The notes under the pieces are model-generated. The model was not told the origin of the DNA and did not search any database. It worked only from the letters and a program-made list of their open reading frames with translations. Of a DNA stretch of 64,000 bases, positions 41,019-49,863 are shown piece after piece (position 1 is the first letter of the stretch; each line of letters begins with the position of its first letter). The stretch comes from an uncultured delta proteobacterium (lineage in GTDB: Bacteria > Myxococcota_A > Polyangia > Fen-1088). A program made the translations under genes and the position numbers. Location: the NCBI GenBank assembly GCA_963767925.1, contig CAVYGB010000010.1:992001-1056000 (forward strand), given 5' to 3'.

Positions 41019-41249
41019 TCAGGGCTCGGTCTTTGGGGGGAATGGGTCGGGACCGGGGTCCCAGCACGTCTCGCTCGACTGCCAGGGGCCGTTGGCAACA
41101 GCCTCTGCCGGCCGGCGATCGGTGGCAAGGGCAATCTCCGCCGCCGACAGCCCGGCCGCCTCGAGCCGGGCGCGCAGGTCCTGCCGGGTGGCGTCGCGGT
41201 CGAAGGGATCCCTCATCAGCTTGCTGAGCTCGTCGAATACTTGTTCCAT
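41019..41249 (-). CDS. Putative split-borosin RiPP precursor peptide (76 aa)
   Basis: Strong SD GAGGAGGAGGAG; helical leader LSKLMRDP...LEAAGLSAAEIAL resembling borosin-binding/LigA-like leaders; C-terminal tail PWQSSETCWDPGPDPFPPKTEP; two genes downstream of a borosin methyltransferase. Confidence 0.75.
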   Translation of the reverse strand: MEQVFDELSKLMRDPFDRDATRQDLRARLEAAGLSAAEIALATDRRPAEAVANGPWQSSETCWDPGPDPFPPKTEP

Positions 41250-41265
41250 CGTTTTCTCCTCCTCC

Positions 41266-42417
41266 TCAGGTGCGGGCCGCCGCGCTCAGGGCTTTGCGGG
41301 CGGCTTCGAGCCGGCTCTCCGCGTTCCAGGCATAGGGCCGGGGAGCGCCTCTCTCCATGAGCTGCTTGAAGGCGGTGTGCCCGCGCAGGGGCGCCCAGGT
41401 AGGATCCCGGCTGATCATGGCCAGCGTCTCCAGGTCGGGGCGGATGTCCAGCTCGCTGGTGGCGGGCTTCACCAGGCGGTCGAGGAACTCCCGGGCGATG
41501 CTCTCGTCCCCCTGCAAGATCCCGATGCCCGCCAGCAGGGCCGAGGCCTGGCTGATGGCGTTCATGGCGCGCACCCGGGCGCTCTCCAGGGCGGAGGTGA
41601 ACAGCTCCTCGGAGACGACCCTTCGTTTGTTGAGAAAGTGCAGGCTGGCCGCGGAGAAGTAGGCGGCGGTGCAGTCTTCGGGGTCGAGGCGGACGGCCTC
41701 GAGCCCCTTGCGCACCGACTCCTTGGCGGCGTCGGTCTCCTGGTCGTAGCTGTAGAGCATGGCCAGGCTGCGGTTGAGGGAGGACTGGGTCATGCTGTCG
41801 TCGGTCTTGATCTGCCGGAGCAGGCTGCGGGCCACCTCGAAGTCGCCCACCTCGCCCCGCACGGCGTGCAGGAAGGCCTCGAACTGCAGGGACCAGGCGT
41901 AGGGGTTGAGGAGCTGGCGGGCCCGGGTAAAGTCGTCCTTGGCCGCGGAGAAGCTGGCCGCGTCCGGCTTCATCGAGAACATCAGGGTGTGGGCCGCGCC
42001 CCGGTGGGCGTGCAGCCAGGCCTGCTGGGCCGGGCTGAAGCTGGCCTTGCCCTCGAGGGCGGCGGTGAACCCGTCGATGCAGTTCAGCTTGACGAAGTGG
42101 ACCACCTCTTGCCGGGTGGCCAATCCACCGGCCAGCAGGATGTCGCGGGCCTTCACCCGCTGGGCCTCGGCCAAAAGCGCGATCAGCTCGGGATCGTCGG
42201 GCTTGCTCTGGCAGGCATCGCTGAGGTCCTGCACGCCCCGACAGGCCATGCCGAAGCTCGTGCCGAGGTGGCCCCGGTGCTTGCGGGCCTCGACGATCTC
42301 CTCGGACTCCGGTTGGCCCGGGTCAACGGCCGGCGCTTTCATCAAGATATCGTCGAGCTCGATCAACTGGTCCAGGACATCGTTGCTCTTGCACGCCTTG
42401 CTCGTTGGCACCTTCAT
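41266..42417 (-). CDS. Helical-repeat (TPR-like) hypothetical protein, 383 aa
   Basis: ATGA overlap with methyltransferase stop; AKDDFTRARQLLNPYAWS, EAVRLDPED TPR-like segments. Confidence 0.7.
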   Translation of the reverse strand: MKVPTSKACKSNDVLDQLIELDDILMKAPAVDPGQPESEEIVEARKHRGHLGTSFGMACRGVQDLSDACQSKPDDPELIALLAEAQRVKARDILLAGGLATRQEVVHFVKLNCIDGFTAALEGKASFSPAQQAWLHAHRGAAHTLMFSMKPDAASFSAAKDDFTRARQLLNPYAWSLQFEAFLHAVRGEVGDFEVARSLLRQIKTDDSMTQSSLNRSLAMLYSYDQETDAAKESVRKGLEAVRLDPEDCTAAYFSAASLHFLNKRRVVSEELFTSALESARVRAMNAISQASALLAGIGILQGDESIAREFLDRLVKPATSELDIRPDLETLAMISRDPTWAPLRGHTAFKQLMERGAPRPYAWNAESRLEAARKALSAAART

Positions 42418-43271
42418 GAATCCCTCGCTTTCCCTATTTCTGTTCCCACGACAACTCCCGCATTCACGACTTCGACGTTCTGATCGGTCAATCGGGGTGA
42501 CACCTCCTCCTCCAGCGCGCGCGACGACAGCGGGGGGACGTAGAGGGTCGAGATCTCCGAGACCTCCACCTCGGGCAGCGAGCCCAGCATCACCGGCTCG
42601 GTGCGCGACGGGTAGAGGGGATGGGTGGCGGCCTCGTAGAGGATCAGCCAGTGATCGAGGGGGTAGGCGCTCAGCAGCCGGGCCCGCAGCCGTTCCAGCC
42701 CCCGCTTGACCGAGGCGGTGGCGTCGGCCGCGTAGGTCGCGGGGTTGTCGATGAGCGCGACCTGGTGCAGGACCAGGGGCGTGCAGGGATCGATGCGGGC
42801 GCTGCGGCCGATGAAGCTGCTGGCCTCGAAGATCTGGCAGCCGTGTTTGCCGGGGTCGAGGCCCAGGTCGGCGAACAGACAATCGAGCGCGGACACGCCC
42901 GGCAACATGCGGGCGCTGAACCCCTCTCCCTTGGCCTGGCGGATCGCCTCGTGCCCGGCCGCCACCAGCACGCCGGGGTGGCCGTAAAACACCACACACA
43001 GGCGCCCACCTTTGCGGAGCTGGGCCATGATCTGCTCGACCATGGCCCGGTAAATCTGGCGCCGGGGGCGGCCGTCCCGGGGATAATCCAGGCTCTCGGC
43101 CACCGGGTTGAGCTTGCGAATCCAGCGGGCGGCCCAGGGATCGGCCACCGCGAACAGCACCCGGTCGGCCCTTTCAATCGCACCGCGCGCGGCGGCGGTG
43201 GTTTGGCTCTCCCATTCGATTCCTATGCCGGCTACTATGAGCGTTGCTTCGCCGGCAGACTGGGCGTTCAC
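42414..43271 (-). CDS. Borosin-type peptide alpha-N-methyltransferase (SAM-dependent, tetrapyrrole methylase fold)
   Basis: LIVAGIGI, RRQIYRAMVEQI, FYGHPGV, MLPGVSALDCLFADLGLDP, GCQIFEAS, YPLDH..LYEAA, STLYVPP as recalled for SonM/OphMA; start 43271 (GTG) or 43313. Confidence 0.88.
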   Translation of the reverse strand: MNAQSAGEATLIVAGIGIEWESQTTAAARGAIERADRVLFAVADPWAARWIRKLNPVAESLDYPRDGRPRRQIYRAMVEQIMAQLRKGGRLCVVFYGHPGVLVAAGHEAIRQAKGEGFSARMLPGVSALDCLFADLGLDPGKHGCQIFEASSFIGRSARIDPCTPLVLHQVALIDNPATYAADATASVKRGLERLRARLLSAYPLDHWLILYEAATHPLYPSRTEPVMLGSLPEVEVSEISTLYVPPLSSRALEEEVSPRLTDQNVEVVNAGVVVGTEIGKARDS

Positions 43272-43428
43272 CTGGAGCACCGTAGAGGAACCGCCGGCTG
43301 GCCAACATTTCACCGCCTTTCAGCCAGGGCTTTGCAACGGTGGTCCCCGCTGTGACTGGCTCGCTGGCCGCTCGTTAGAAGCGGCGAGTCAGTCGCGATT
43401 TCAACGACGAAGCTTCTGCCGACAGCGC

Positions 43429-45348
43429 ATGCGCATCATCTCGCGACGGTACACGCTCGAAAACGAGGTGGGTCGAGGTACGTCGGGCTCCGTCTGGATG
43501 GCGCACGACCAGCACCTTCAACGCCGCGTCGCCATCAAGCTGCTGCGCCTCGATTGCCTGGAGCGACCGGGCTTCCGGGCCCGCTTCGAGCGCGAGGCCA
43601 TGACCGTGGCCCAGGTCCGCAGCCCCTACGTGGTCCAGGTCTACGACGCCGGCTTCGACGAGCAGCAGCCCTACATCGTGATGGAGTGGCTCGACGGCGA
43701 GACCCTCGACGAGATCCTCCAGCGCCACGGGCGGCTCTCGCTGGCCGCCACGGTCGACACAATCGCCCACCTGGCCCGGGGGCTGTCGCTCACCCACGCC
43801 GCCGGGATCGTCCACCGCGACGTCAAGCCGGCCAACATCTTCGTGGCCCGGGAGTACGACCGGGACATACCCAAGCTCCTCGACTTTGGCATGGCCACCT
43901 TGTTGACCGGGCTGGACGCCCCCGCCAGCGCCACCTCCACCACGACCGTGGCCGGCACGCCCCACTTCATGAGCCCCGAGCAGGCGGCGGGGGGCGAGCT
44001 GGACGGCCGCTCCGACCTGTGGGGCCTGGCGGTGGTGGCCTACGTGATGTTGACCGGGCACCTGCCCTTTCACGGCGACGACTTTTTCACCCTGCGCGCG
44101 GGGATCAACCGGGCCAGCCCGCTGCCCCCCTCCCGCCACGACCCGGCCCTGTCGCCCGCCATCGACGACTTCTTCTCGGTGGCCTTCGCCAAGGACCCGG
44201 GCATGCGCTACCAGACCGCCACCGCCATGGCGGCGGCCCTGCTGCGGGCCTCGGAGAAGCTGGCCCCCACGCCCATCCGGATCCTGCTGCTCGACGACGA
44301 GCCGGACATGGAGCTGCTTTTGCGCAACCGCTTCCGGCGGGAGGTGCGCGAGGGGATGTACGAGATCCTCTTCGCCACCGACGGGCAGGCGGGCCTGGAG
44401 GTCCTGCGCCGGCGGGCGGACATCGATCTCGTGTTGACCGACATCAACATGCCGGGCATGGACGGCCTCACCTTCCTGGCCCACGTCAACAAGGTGAACC
44501 CCACCGTCCGGGTGGTTGTCGTGTCGGCCTACAACGACATGGCCAACCTGCGGCTGGCCATGAACCGGGGGGCCTTCGACTTCCTGGTCAAGCCCATCGA
44601 GTTCGACGACCTGCAGGTGACCATCGAAAAATGCGCCAGTCAGGTGGCGGTCCTGCGCCAGGCGGTCCGCTCGCAGCAGGAGAACGGCCTGCTCCGCCTG
44701 CTGGTGGGACGCTCCGAGCTGGCCGGCATCCCCGCCACCGCGCTCGAGAAGACCGAGGGCTCGGTGGCCTTCCTCGGCATCGACCAGGACGGTGACAGCG
44801 CCGGCTCATTGACCGCCCTCAACGATCGGCTCGCGGTGATCGTCCCCGAGCTGGTGGCCCGTCGGGCGGCCATCATCCGGCTGGTGGGCCCGGCGCTGAT
44901 GGTCGTGTTCCGGGGCGAGGACCACGCCCGGCGGGCGCTCGACGCCTGGCTGGCGATCCGGGAGGGCATCCGCGCCCTCGAGGAGCGACGGCCGGTCGCC
45001 GGACCGCCCTCCCGGGGGGTCTCGGTCGGCGTCGACGTGGGGCCGCTGGCGATCGGGCACCTCGGGTCCCGGGGCCCCGGCGCCGGCTTCGAGTCGATCG
45101 TGCTCGGCGAGCCGGTCGACCGGGCCTTCGCCCTGCAGCGCCTGGCCGGTCGCAACGAGATCCTCGTGAGCTCCGCCCTCGACCGCCTGCTCGATCTGAC
45201 CTTCGTGCGCCAGCCGGTCGATCGGCTGGAGGTTACCCGCCTCGCCCCCCCCGCCTTCGCCATCACGGGCAAGACCTCGGCCGTCGCCCTGGCCCCCGGC
45301 GAACGGCTCAAGGCGGGTGAGGCCCCGGCGTTCCCCCCTTCGGCTTGA
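43429..45348 (+). CDS. Ser/Thr kinase - receiver - degenerate class III cyclase fusion
   Basis: VAIKLL, HRDVKPANIF, LLDFG, GTPHFMSPEQ; ILLLDDEPD, LTDINMPGMDG, FLVKPI; VSVGVDVG...LGEPVDRAFALQ...EILVS. Confidence 0.88.
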   Translation: MRIISRRYTLENEVGRGTSGSVWMAHDQHLQRRVAIKLLRLDCLERPGFRARFEREAMTVAQVRSPYVVQVYDAGFDEQQPYIVMEWLDGETLDEILQRHGRLSLAATVDTIAHLARGLSLTHAAGIVHRDVKPANIFVAREYDRDIPKLLDFGMATLLTGLDAPASATSTTTVAGTPHFMSPEQAAGGELDGRSDLWGLAVVAYVMLTGHLPFHGDDFFTLRAGINRASPLPPSRHDPALSPAIDDFFSVAFAKDPGMRYQTATAMAAALLRASEKLAPTPIRILLLDDEPDMELLLRNRFRREVREGMYEILFATDGQAGLEVLRRRADIDLVLTDINMPGMDGLTFLAHVNKVNPTVRVVVVSAYNDMANLRLAMNRGAFDFLVKPIEFDDLQVTIEKCASQVAVLRQAVRSQQENGLLRLLVGRSELAGIPATALEKTEGSVAFLGIDQDGDSAGSLTALNDRLAVIVPELVARRAAIIRLVGPALMVVFRGEDHARRALDAWLAIREGIRALEERRPVAGPPSRGVSVGVDVGPLAIGHLGSRGPGAGFESIVLGEPVDRAFALQRLAGRNEILVSSALDRLLDLTFVRQPVDRLEVTRLAPPAFAITGKTSAVALAPGERLKAGEAPAFPPSA

Positions 45349-46255
45349 GGATCACGATCTTCGCGGTGCCCACCCGGAGCTGACCGCTGGTGCGCCGCCG
45401 CTCGACGATGTTCTCGACGTCGTCGGCGGCGTCGAGGCTCAGCAGGATCTGGCGGATGCGGTGCACGTCGACGTTGAGCTTCTCGGGCGTCTGGCCCAGG
45501 CGCTCGGCCAGATCGTTGGAGTACATCCAGCCGGCCTCGTCCTCGGGCACGCCCGCCTGCTGCTCGGCGTGGCGCAGGCGCGACAGCACCAGCAAGGTGT
45601 AATAGCAGGCCCGCGAGGGCAGCTCGTGTTGCCGGTCGCCGAGCACGAGCTTCATGTCGACCTGCTCCTCGTCCTGGCTGACCCGGAACTCGAGGCTGGC
45701 CTCCGACAGCTTGCGCGAGCCGGCCAGCCCCCGGGTGCGGTCGAGCGCCCCTCGCAGGTCGGGCATCTCCAGCCGGAAGCGGCGGGCCCCCACCTCGACC
45801 ACCTCGCCGTCGCTGACCGTGCGGGCGCTGCCGCCGGTGTCGAGCTCCCAGCGTTCGCCGATCGGGTAGATGGTCGCCAGCGGCACCTGGTCGTCCCAGA
45901 GGACCAGCCGGTTGCCGACCGCCTCCTGCACGGTCCCGTCGGGGGCCACCGCCCGTGGGCTGGGGGGGGAGCCGTCGAGCCAGCACCAGCGCTCGCTGGG
46001 GTCCCCGAAGACGATCACGTCCCCGCTCAGCAGGCTCCACTCCCGGCCCACCAGCAGGCGGTCGTTGACCCGGGTGCCGTTCAGGCTACCGAGGTCGCGC
46101 AGGATCCATTCGGCGCCGAGCCAGCGAACGCTGGCGTGTTCGGTCGACGAGCCGCGCCCGGAGAGCTTGATGTGGGCGGCGGGCGAGCGGCCGATGAGGC
46201 TGATGCCACGGACCACCGACTCCAGACCGGTGCTGACGTTCTTGAGGAGCGCCAT
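45308..46255 (-). CDS. FHA-domain protein with C-terminal HTH-like region
   Basis: IGRS, SSTEHA, LRDLGSLNGTRVN; C-terminal GWMYSNDLAERLG...LNVDVHRIRQ. Confidence 0.85.
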   Translation of the reverse strand: MALLKNVSTGLESVVRGISLIGRSPAAHIKLSGRGSSTEHASVRWLGAEWILRDLGSLNGTRVNDRLLVGREWSLLSGDVIVFGDPSERWCWLDGSPPSPRAVAPDGTVQEAVGNRLVLWDDQVPLATIYPIGERWELDTGGSARTVSDGEVVEVGARRFRLEMPDLRGALDRTRGLAGSRKLSEASLEFRVSQDEEQVDMKLVLGDRQHELPSRACYYTLLVLSRLRHAEQQAGVPEDEAGWMYSNDLAERLGQTPEKLNVDVHRIRQILLSLDAADDVENIVERRRTSGQLRVGTAKIVILKPKGGTPGPHPP

Positions 46256-46381
46256 CCACCGACTGTAACGATGGAGACACGGCCGTTCAAGCGCTCCCCC
46301 CCTTACCAGGCGGTCCGGTGTTATGCCTTGAAATGGGGGTGGGGGCGATTTCGACGTAGGGGGTAAGGCAGGAGTTGCCAG

Positions 46382-46942
46382 ATGCAACACGCGACAATCC
46401 CTTGCCGGAGCCCCGTCGGCCTCGATCCCTTCGAGGCCATCTGGCGGAAACACGCCGGCGCGCTCGCCGAGCGGGCCCGCCATCTGACCGGGGACCGGGA
46501 GAGCGCCGACGACCTGGTGCAGGACGCCTTCGAGCGGGCCCTGCGGGCGGGACGGGAGGGCGTGCCCGAGCACAAGCTGCGGAGCTGGTTGATGGTGATC
46601 CTCTACAACCTGTTCATCGACCGGGTGCGGGCGGCCGCGGTCCGTCCGGTCGATCCCCTCCAGGAGAACACCATCGCCAGCGGTGACCCGACGCCCGACG
46701 GGGAGCCGGAGCAGGCCTGGCTGCAGGCCGATCCCGCCGCGGTATGGCGCAGCATCGCCGCCCTCCCCGAGAAGCTGCGGGTGACGCTCGAGCTGCGCAT
46801 CGCGGGGCGCAGCTACGACAGCATCGGCGAGAGCCTGGGGATCCGCCTCACCACGGTGGGCACCCGCCTGTTCCGGGCGCGCAAGCAACTCCGCCGCCTG
46901 GTGCAGCTCTCCGGCCCGGCGCCGATCACTTCTGCAACATGA
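46382..46942 (+). CDS. ECF RNA polymerase sigma factor
   Basis: ADDLVQDAFERA, RSWLMVILYNLFIDR, SYDSIGESLGIRLTTVGTRLFRAR. Confidence 0.9.
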   Translation: MQHATIPCRSPVGLDPFEAIWRKHAGALAERARHLTGDRESADDLVQDAFERALRAGREGVPEHKLRSWLMVILYNLFIDRVRAAAVRPVDPLQENTIASGDPTPDGEPEQAWLQADPAAVWRSIAALPEKLRVTLELRIAGRSYDSIGESLGIRLTTVGTRLFRARKQLRRLVQLSGPAPITSAT

Positions 46943-48302
46943 AGGTCTCGTATTCGAGCTGGGACAGCAGGCGCGACAGGAAGATGATCCCCACGAAGAC
47001 GGCCAGGATGGTGGCGCCGGCGAAGCCATAGCCGTAGTAGGCCGGGCCCAGCCACATGGTCAGCAGGGTGAGGATCACGTTGAGGACGGTGAACAGGAAG
47101 CTGAGGGCCAGGGCGAACTCGCGCTGGTCCAGGTAGAACAGCACGTTGAGGATCGACAGCAACAGCACCTGCACGCCCACCGCCACCAGATCGACGTAAA
47201 ACAGCTGCAGGTACAGGGAGGAGATGCCGATCGCCTCGAGGATGCGAGCCCCCGCCAGCAGCAAGACCAGCAGGGTCAGCCCCTGCACCTTGAAGATCTC
47301 GTAGATCCCCTGGCGGATGTAAAACGTCATCCCCTGGCGCAGGTGCTCGATGTGGGGGAGCGTGTCCCCCTCCCGGACGGCGTTGTAGAAGAGATCGTAG
47401 TGCTCGGCGAAGTCGGTCTCGATGCGCACGAGGAAGACCGCCATGCCGGGGATGATCGAGAGGTAGGCCAGGAAGATCGGCAGGTCGTAGATCATCGAGG
47501 CCCGCAGGGGGCCGATGATCGGCTCGGAGGTGACCGGGTTGAACCAGAACAGCAGCTTGTCGACCCAGATCCCGAGGTTGTAGAAGAACCCCGTGAACAT
47601 CAGGCTGTAAAACGACTGCTTGGGCCGGAGAAAATCGAACGACACCAGGGTCCGGCTGCGGGGGTGGTCGCGCACGACGACCGCCAGCATGAGAAACAGC
47701 AGCACCACCTGGCCCAGCAGGAAGCCGGACATCAGCCCCTCGAGGTTGAAGCGGCGCAGGCCCAGCGAGGCGGCGATCGAGATGCCGTAGCCGGCCACGA
47801 AGATGGCCAGCACCCGCCGGTAGTTCTTCAGGCCCGACATGAGGACCACCAGCATCCAGACGTCGCAGACAGCCACGAAGCTGACCACCATGAGGACGCG
47901 CAGCACGATGCCCTCATCGGTGAACAAGAACATCACCACCGCCGCGCTGGATCCGCCGGCCACCAGCGAGGTGAGGGTCAAGACCCCCATGAGGTTGGGG
48001 ACCACGAGGTTGCGCTTGCGCTGGAACAGCCGGTCGGCCACGAACCGGGTGAACATGAGCTGCAGCAGGCCGGTCAAGATGAGCGAGCCGGCCATGATGT
48101 AGTTGACCACCACCAGGAACTGCTGCACCCGCACGGTGGGCGAGACCTTGCCCACGCTGAGGATGCCCACCAGCATGATCCCCAGGATGGAGAGCACCCA
48201 GGGCCCCGAGCTGATGAGGCCGGCGTAGCCGTATGCGCGCAAGATGCCGAGCAGGCTCTCGCGGCGCAGGAGCTTACGCAGCTCGAACCCGATCCCTGCC
48301 AA
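46926..48302 (-). CDS. pelG: Pel polysaccharide transporter PelG
   Basis: MAGIGFELRKLL, AGLISSGPW, YDLPIFLAYLSIIPGM, LEYETFMLQ; TTG start. Confidence 0.95.
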   Translation of the reverse strand: MAGIGFELRKLLRRESLLGILRAYGYAGLISSGPWVLSILGIMLVGILSVGKVSPTVRVQQFLVVVNYIMAGSLILTGLLQLMFTRFVADRLFQRKRNLVVPNLMGVLTLTSLVAGGSSAAVVMFLFTDEGIVLRVLMVVSFVAVCDVWMLVVLMSGLKNYRRVLAIFVAGYGISIAASLGLRRFNLEGLMSGFLLGQVVLLFLMLAVVVRDHPRSRTLVSFDFLRPKQSFYSLMFTGFFYNLGIWVDKLLFWFNPVTSEPIIGPLRASMIYDLPIFLAYLSIIPGMAVFLVRIETDFAEHYDLFYNAVREGDTLPHIEHLRQGMTFYIRQGIYEIFKVQGLTLLVLLLAGARILEAIGISSLYLQLFYVDLVAVGVQVLLLSILNVLFYLDQREFALALSFLFTVLNVILTLLTMWLGPAYYGYGFAGATILAVFVGIIFLSRLLSQLEYETFMLQK

Positions 48303-49863
48303 GCTTTCCCTCGAGCGCGTCCCGGTAGATCTTCCGGTAGGAGTCGTACATCATCTTCTGCGTGTAAAAGCCCTCGACCCGGGCGATCCCCGCGGTCTGG
48401 GCCTTCTTCCAGGCCACCGGATCGCCGAGCAGCTTGATGGCCGCCTCGGCGGTGGCCTCCGGATCGGCGATCGGCACGATCACGCCCGAATTGCCGAGGG
48501 CCTTGTCCTCGGGGACGCCCCCCTCGACCAGCTCCCGGCAGGAGCCGACGTCGGTGGCCACCGTGGGCAGGCCGGCGGCGTAGCCCTCCAGCAACACCAG
48601 GGGCAGGGCCTCGCTGATCGAGGTCAACACCATGAGCCCCAGCTTCGGCAAGATGTCGTCGGGCTTCTGGAAGCCGAGGAACTTCACCCGCCCGCTCAGG
48701 CCCAGGTTGGTGGCCAGCTCGCGGCACTCGCGGGCGTAGGCCTGGTCCTCGTCCTCGGGGCCGATGATCCAGCCCTCGGCCTGGGGCAAGCGGGTGCAGA
48801 CCGTGCGCATGGCGCGCACGAAGGTGCGGATGTCCTTGATGGGCACCACCCGCCCCAGCAGGCCCAGCACCTGGGGTGGCGTGTCGGCGGCGGGCCCCTG
48901 GGTGGAGACGGCGTGCAGGACCCGCTTGCTGCGCAGGGCCCCGAAGCGGTCGAGGTCGATGCCGTTGGGGATCACGGCGGTGCGCGCCTCCTCCGCCCCG
49001 TCGAGCACCTGCCGGCGGCGGTTGCCCTCGTAAAGGGCGATGATCTTGTCGGCGGCGGCGTAGGCCATGCGGCCCAGCCCCTCGAAGAAGCGGATCCAGA
49101 GCCGCCGGATGTAGCTGACGTCGTCGTCGAGCCCCCCGCCGAAGGCCTCCCGGGCGTCCTTGATCCACTCGGCGTGGGCCAGGTCGATCTTGCGCTCCTT
49201 GGTGTAGATGCCGTGTTCGGTGAGGACGTAGGGGCGCTTGCGCACGAAGCGCAACATGGCCCCCAGCAGGCCGGCGTAGCCGGTGGAGATCGAGTGGATG
49301 ATGCGGGCGGGGGGCGAGTTGCGAGCGATGTCGGCCAGCGTGAAGAGAGGTCCGTGCATGGTGCGCACGGTCCAGAAGTAGTCGACGAAGGAGGGATCGG
49401 TGCAGTAGCTGAGGTAGTCCTCGCGGATGCGGGCCCAGGACTGGCGGCTGTGCAAGAAGTCCTTGGGGTCGATCCCCTTGGCCGTCCCCAGGGTCGACAT
49501 GACCCGGGCGAACAGCTCGTCGGGGATGTCGCCGGTGGGCGAGCGGAAGAACTCGTGCATCTGGCGCGCGTCCTCGAAGGCCTTGGGGTTCCCCTGGCGG
49601 GCGCGCGGGCGGTCGGTGCGCCAGGTCTCCATGATGAAGTGGGTCTCGAGGTGGACCAGGTTCTTGGGCAGCTCGTATTTCATCTTCCCGTAGGCCTCGC
49701 GCTGCGAGCCGAGGAAGACGATCGAGAAGGTCAGCTCGGGCAGGCCGCGGATGATCTGGTGCACCCAGCTCGAGACGCCGCCGCTGACGTAGGGGTAGGT
49801 CCCCTCGAGCAGCAACATCACGTCGGCCTCCTGCCCCTTGGCCAGCGTGGGGAAGACGCTCAC
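48274..49863 (-). CDS. pelF: GT4 glycosyltransferase PelF
   Basis: LLLEGTYPYVSGGVSSWVHQII, HSISTGYAG, LTEHGIYTKER, GRVVPIKDI, SISEALPLVLLE. Confidence 0.95.
   Translation of the reverse strand: MSVFPTLAKGQEADVMLLLEGTYPYVSGGVSSWVHQIIRGLPELTFSIVFLGSQREAYGKMKYELPKNLVHLETHFIMETWRTDRPRARQGNPKAFEDARQMHEFFRSPTGDIPDELFARVMSTLGTAKGIDPKDFLHSRQSWARIREDYLSYCTDPSFVDYFWTVRTMHGPLFTLADIARNSPPARIIHSISTGYAGLLGAMLRFVRKRPYVLTEHGIYTKERKIDLAHAEWIKDAREAFGGGLDDDVSYIRRLWIRFFEGLGRMAYAAADKIIALYEGNRRRQVLDGAEEARTAVIPNGIDLDRFGALRSKRVLHAVSTQGPAADTPPQVLGLLGRVVPIKDIRTFVRAMRTVCTRLPQAEGWIIGPEDEDQAYARECRELATNLGLSGRVKFLGFQKPDDILPKLGLMVLTSISEALPLVLLEGYAAGLPTVATDVGSCRELVEGGVPEDKALGNSGVIVPIADPEATAEAAIKLLGDPVAWKKAQTAGIARVEGFYTQKMMYDSYRKIYRDALEGKLGRDRVRAA

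Noticed and set aside
42414..43313. Precorrin/siroheme methyltransferase or MazG-type call
   Set aside because: Lacks the GDP motif of those enzymes, has YGHP and other borosin motifs, and has no cobalamin genes nearby
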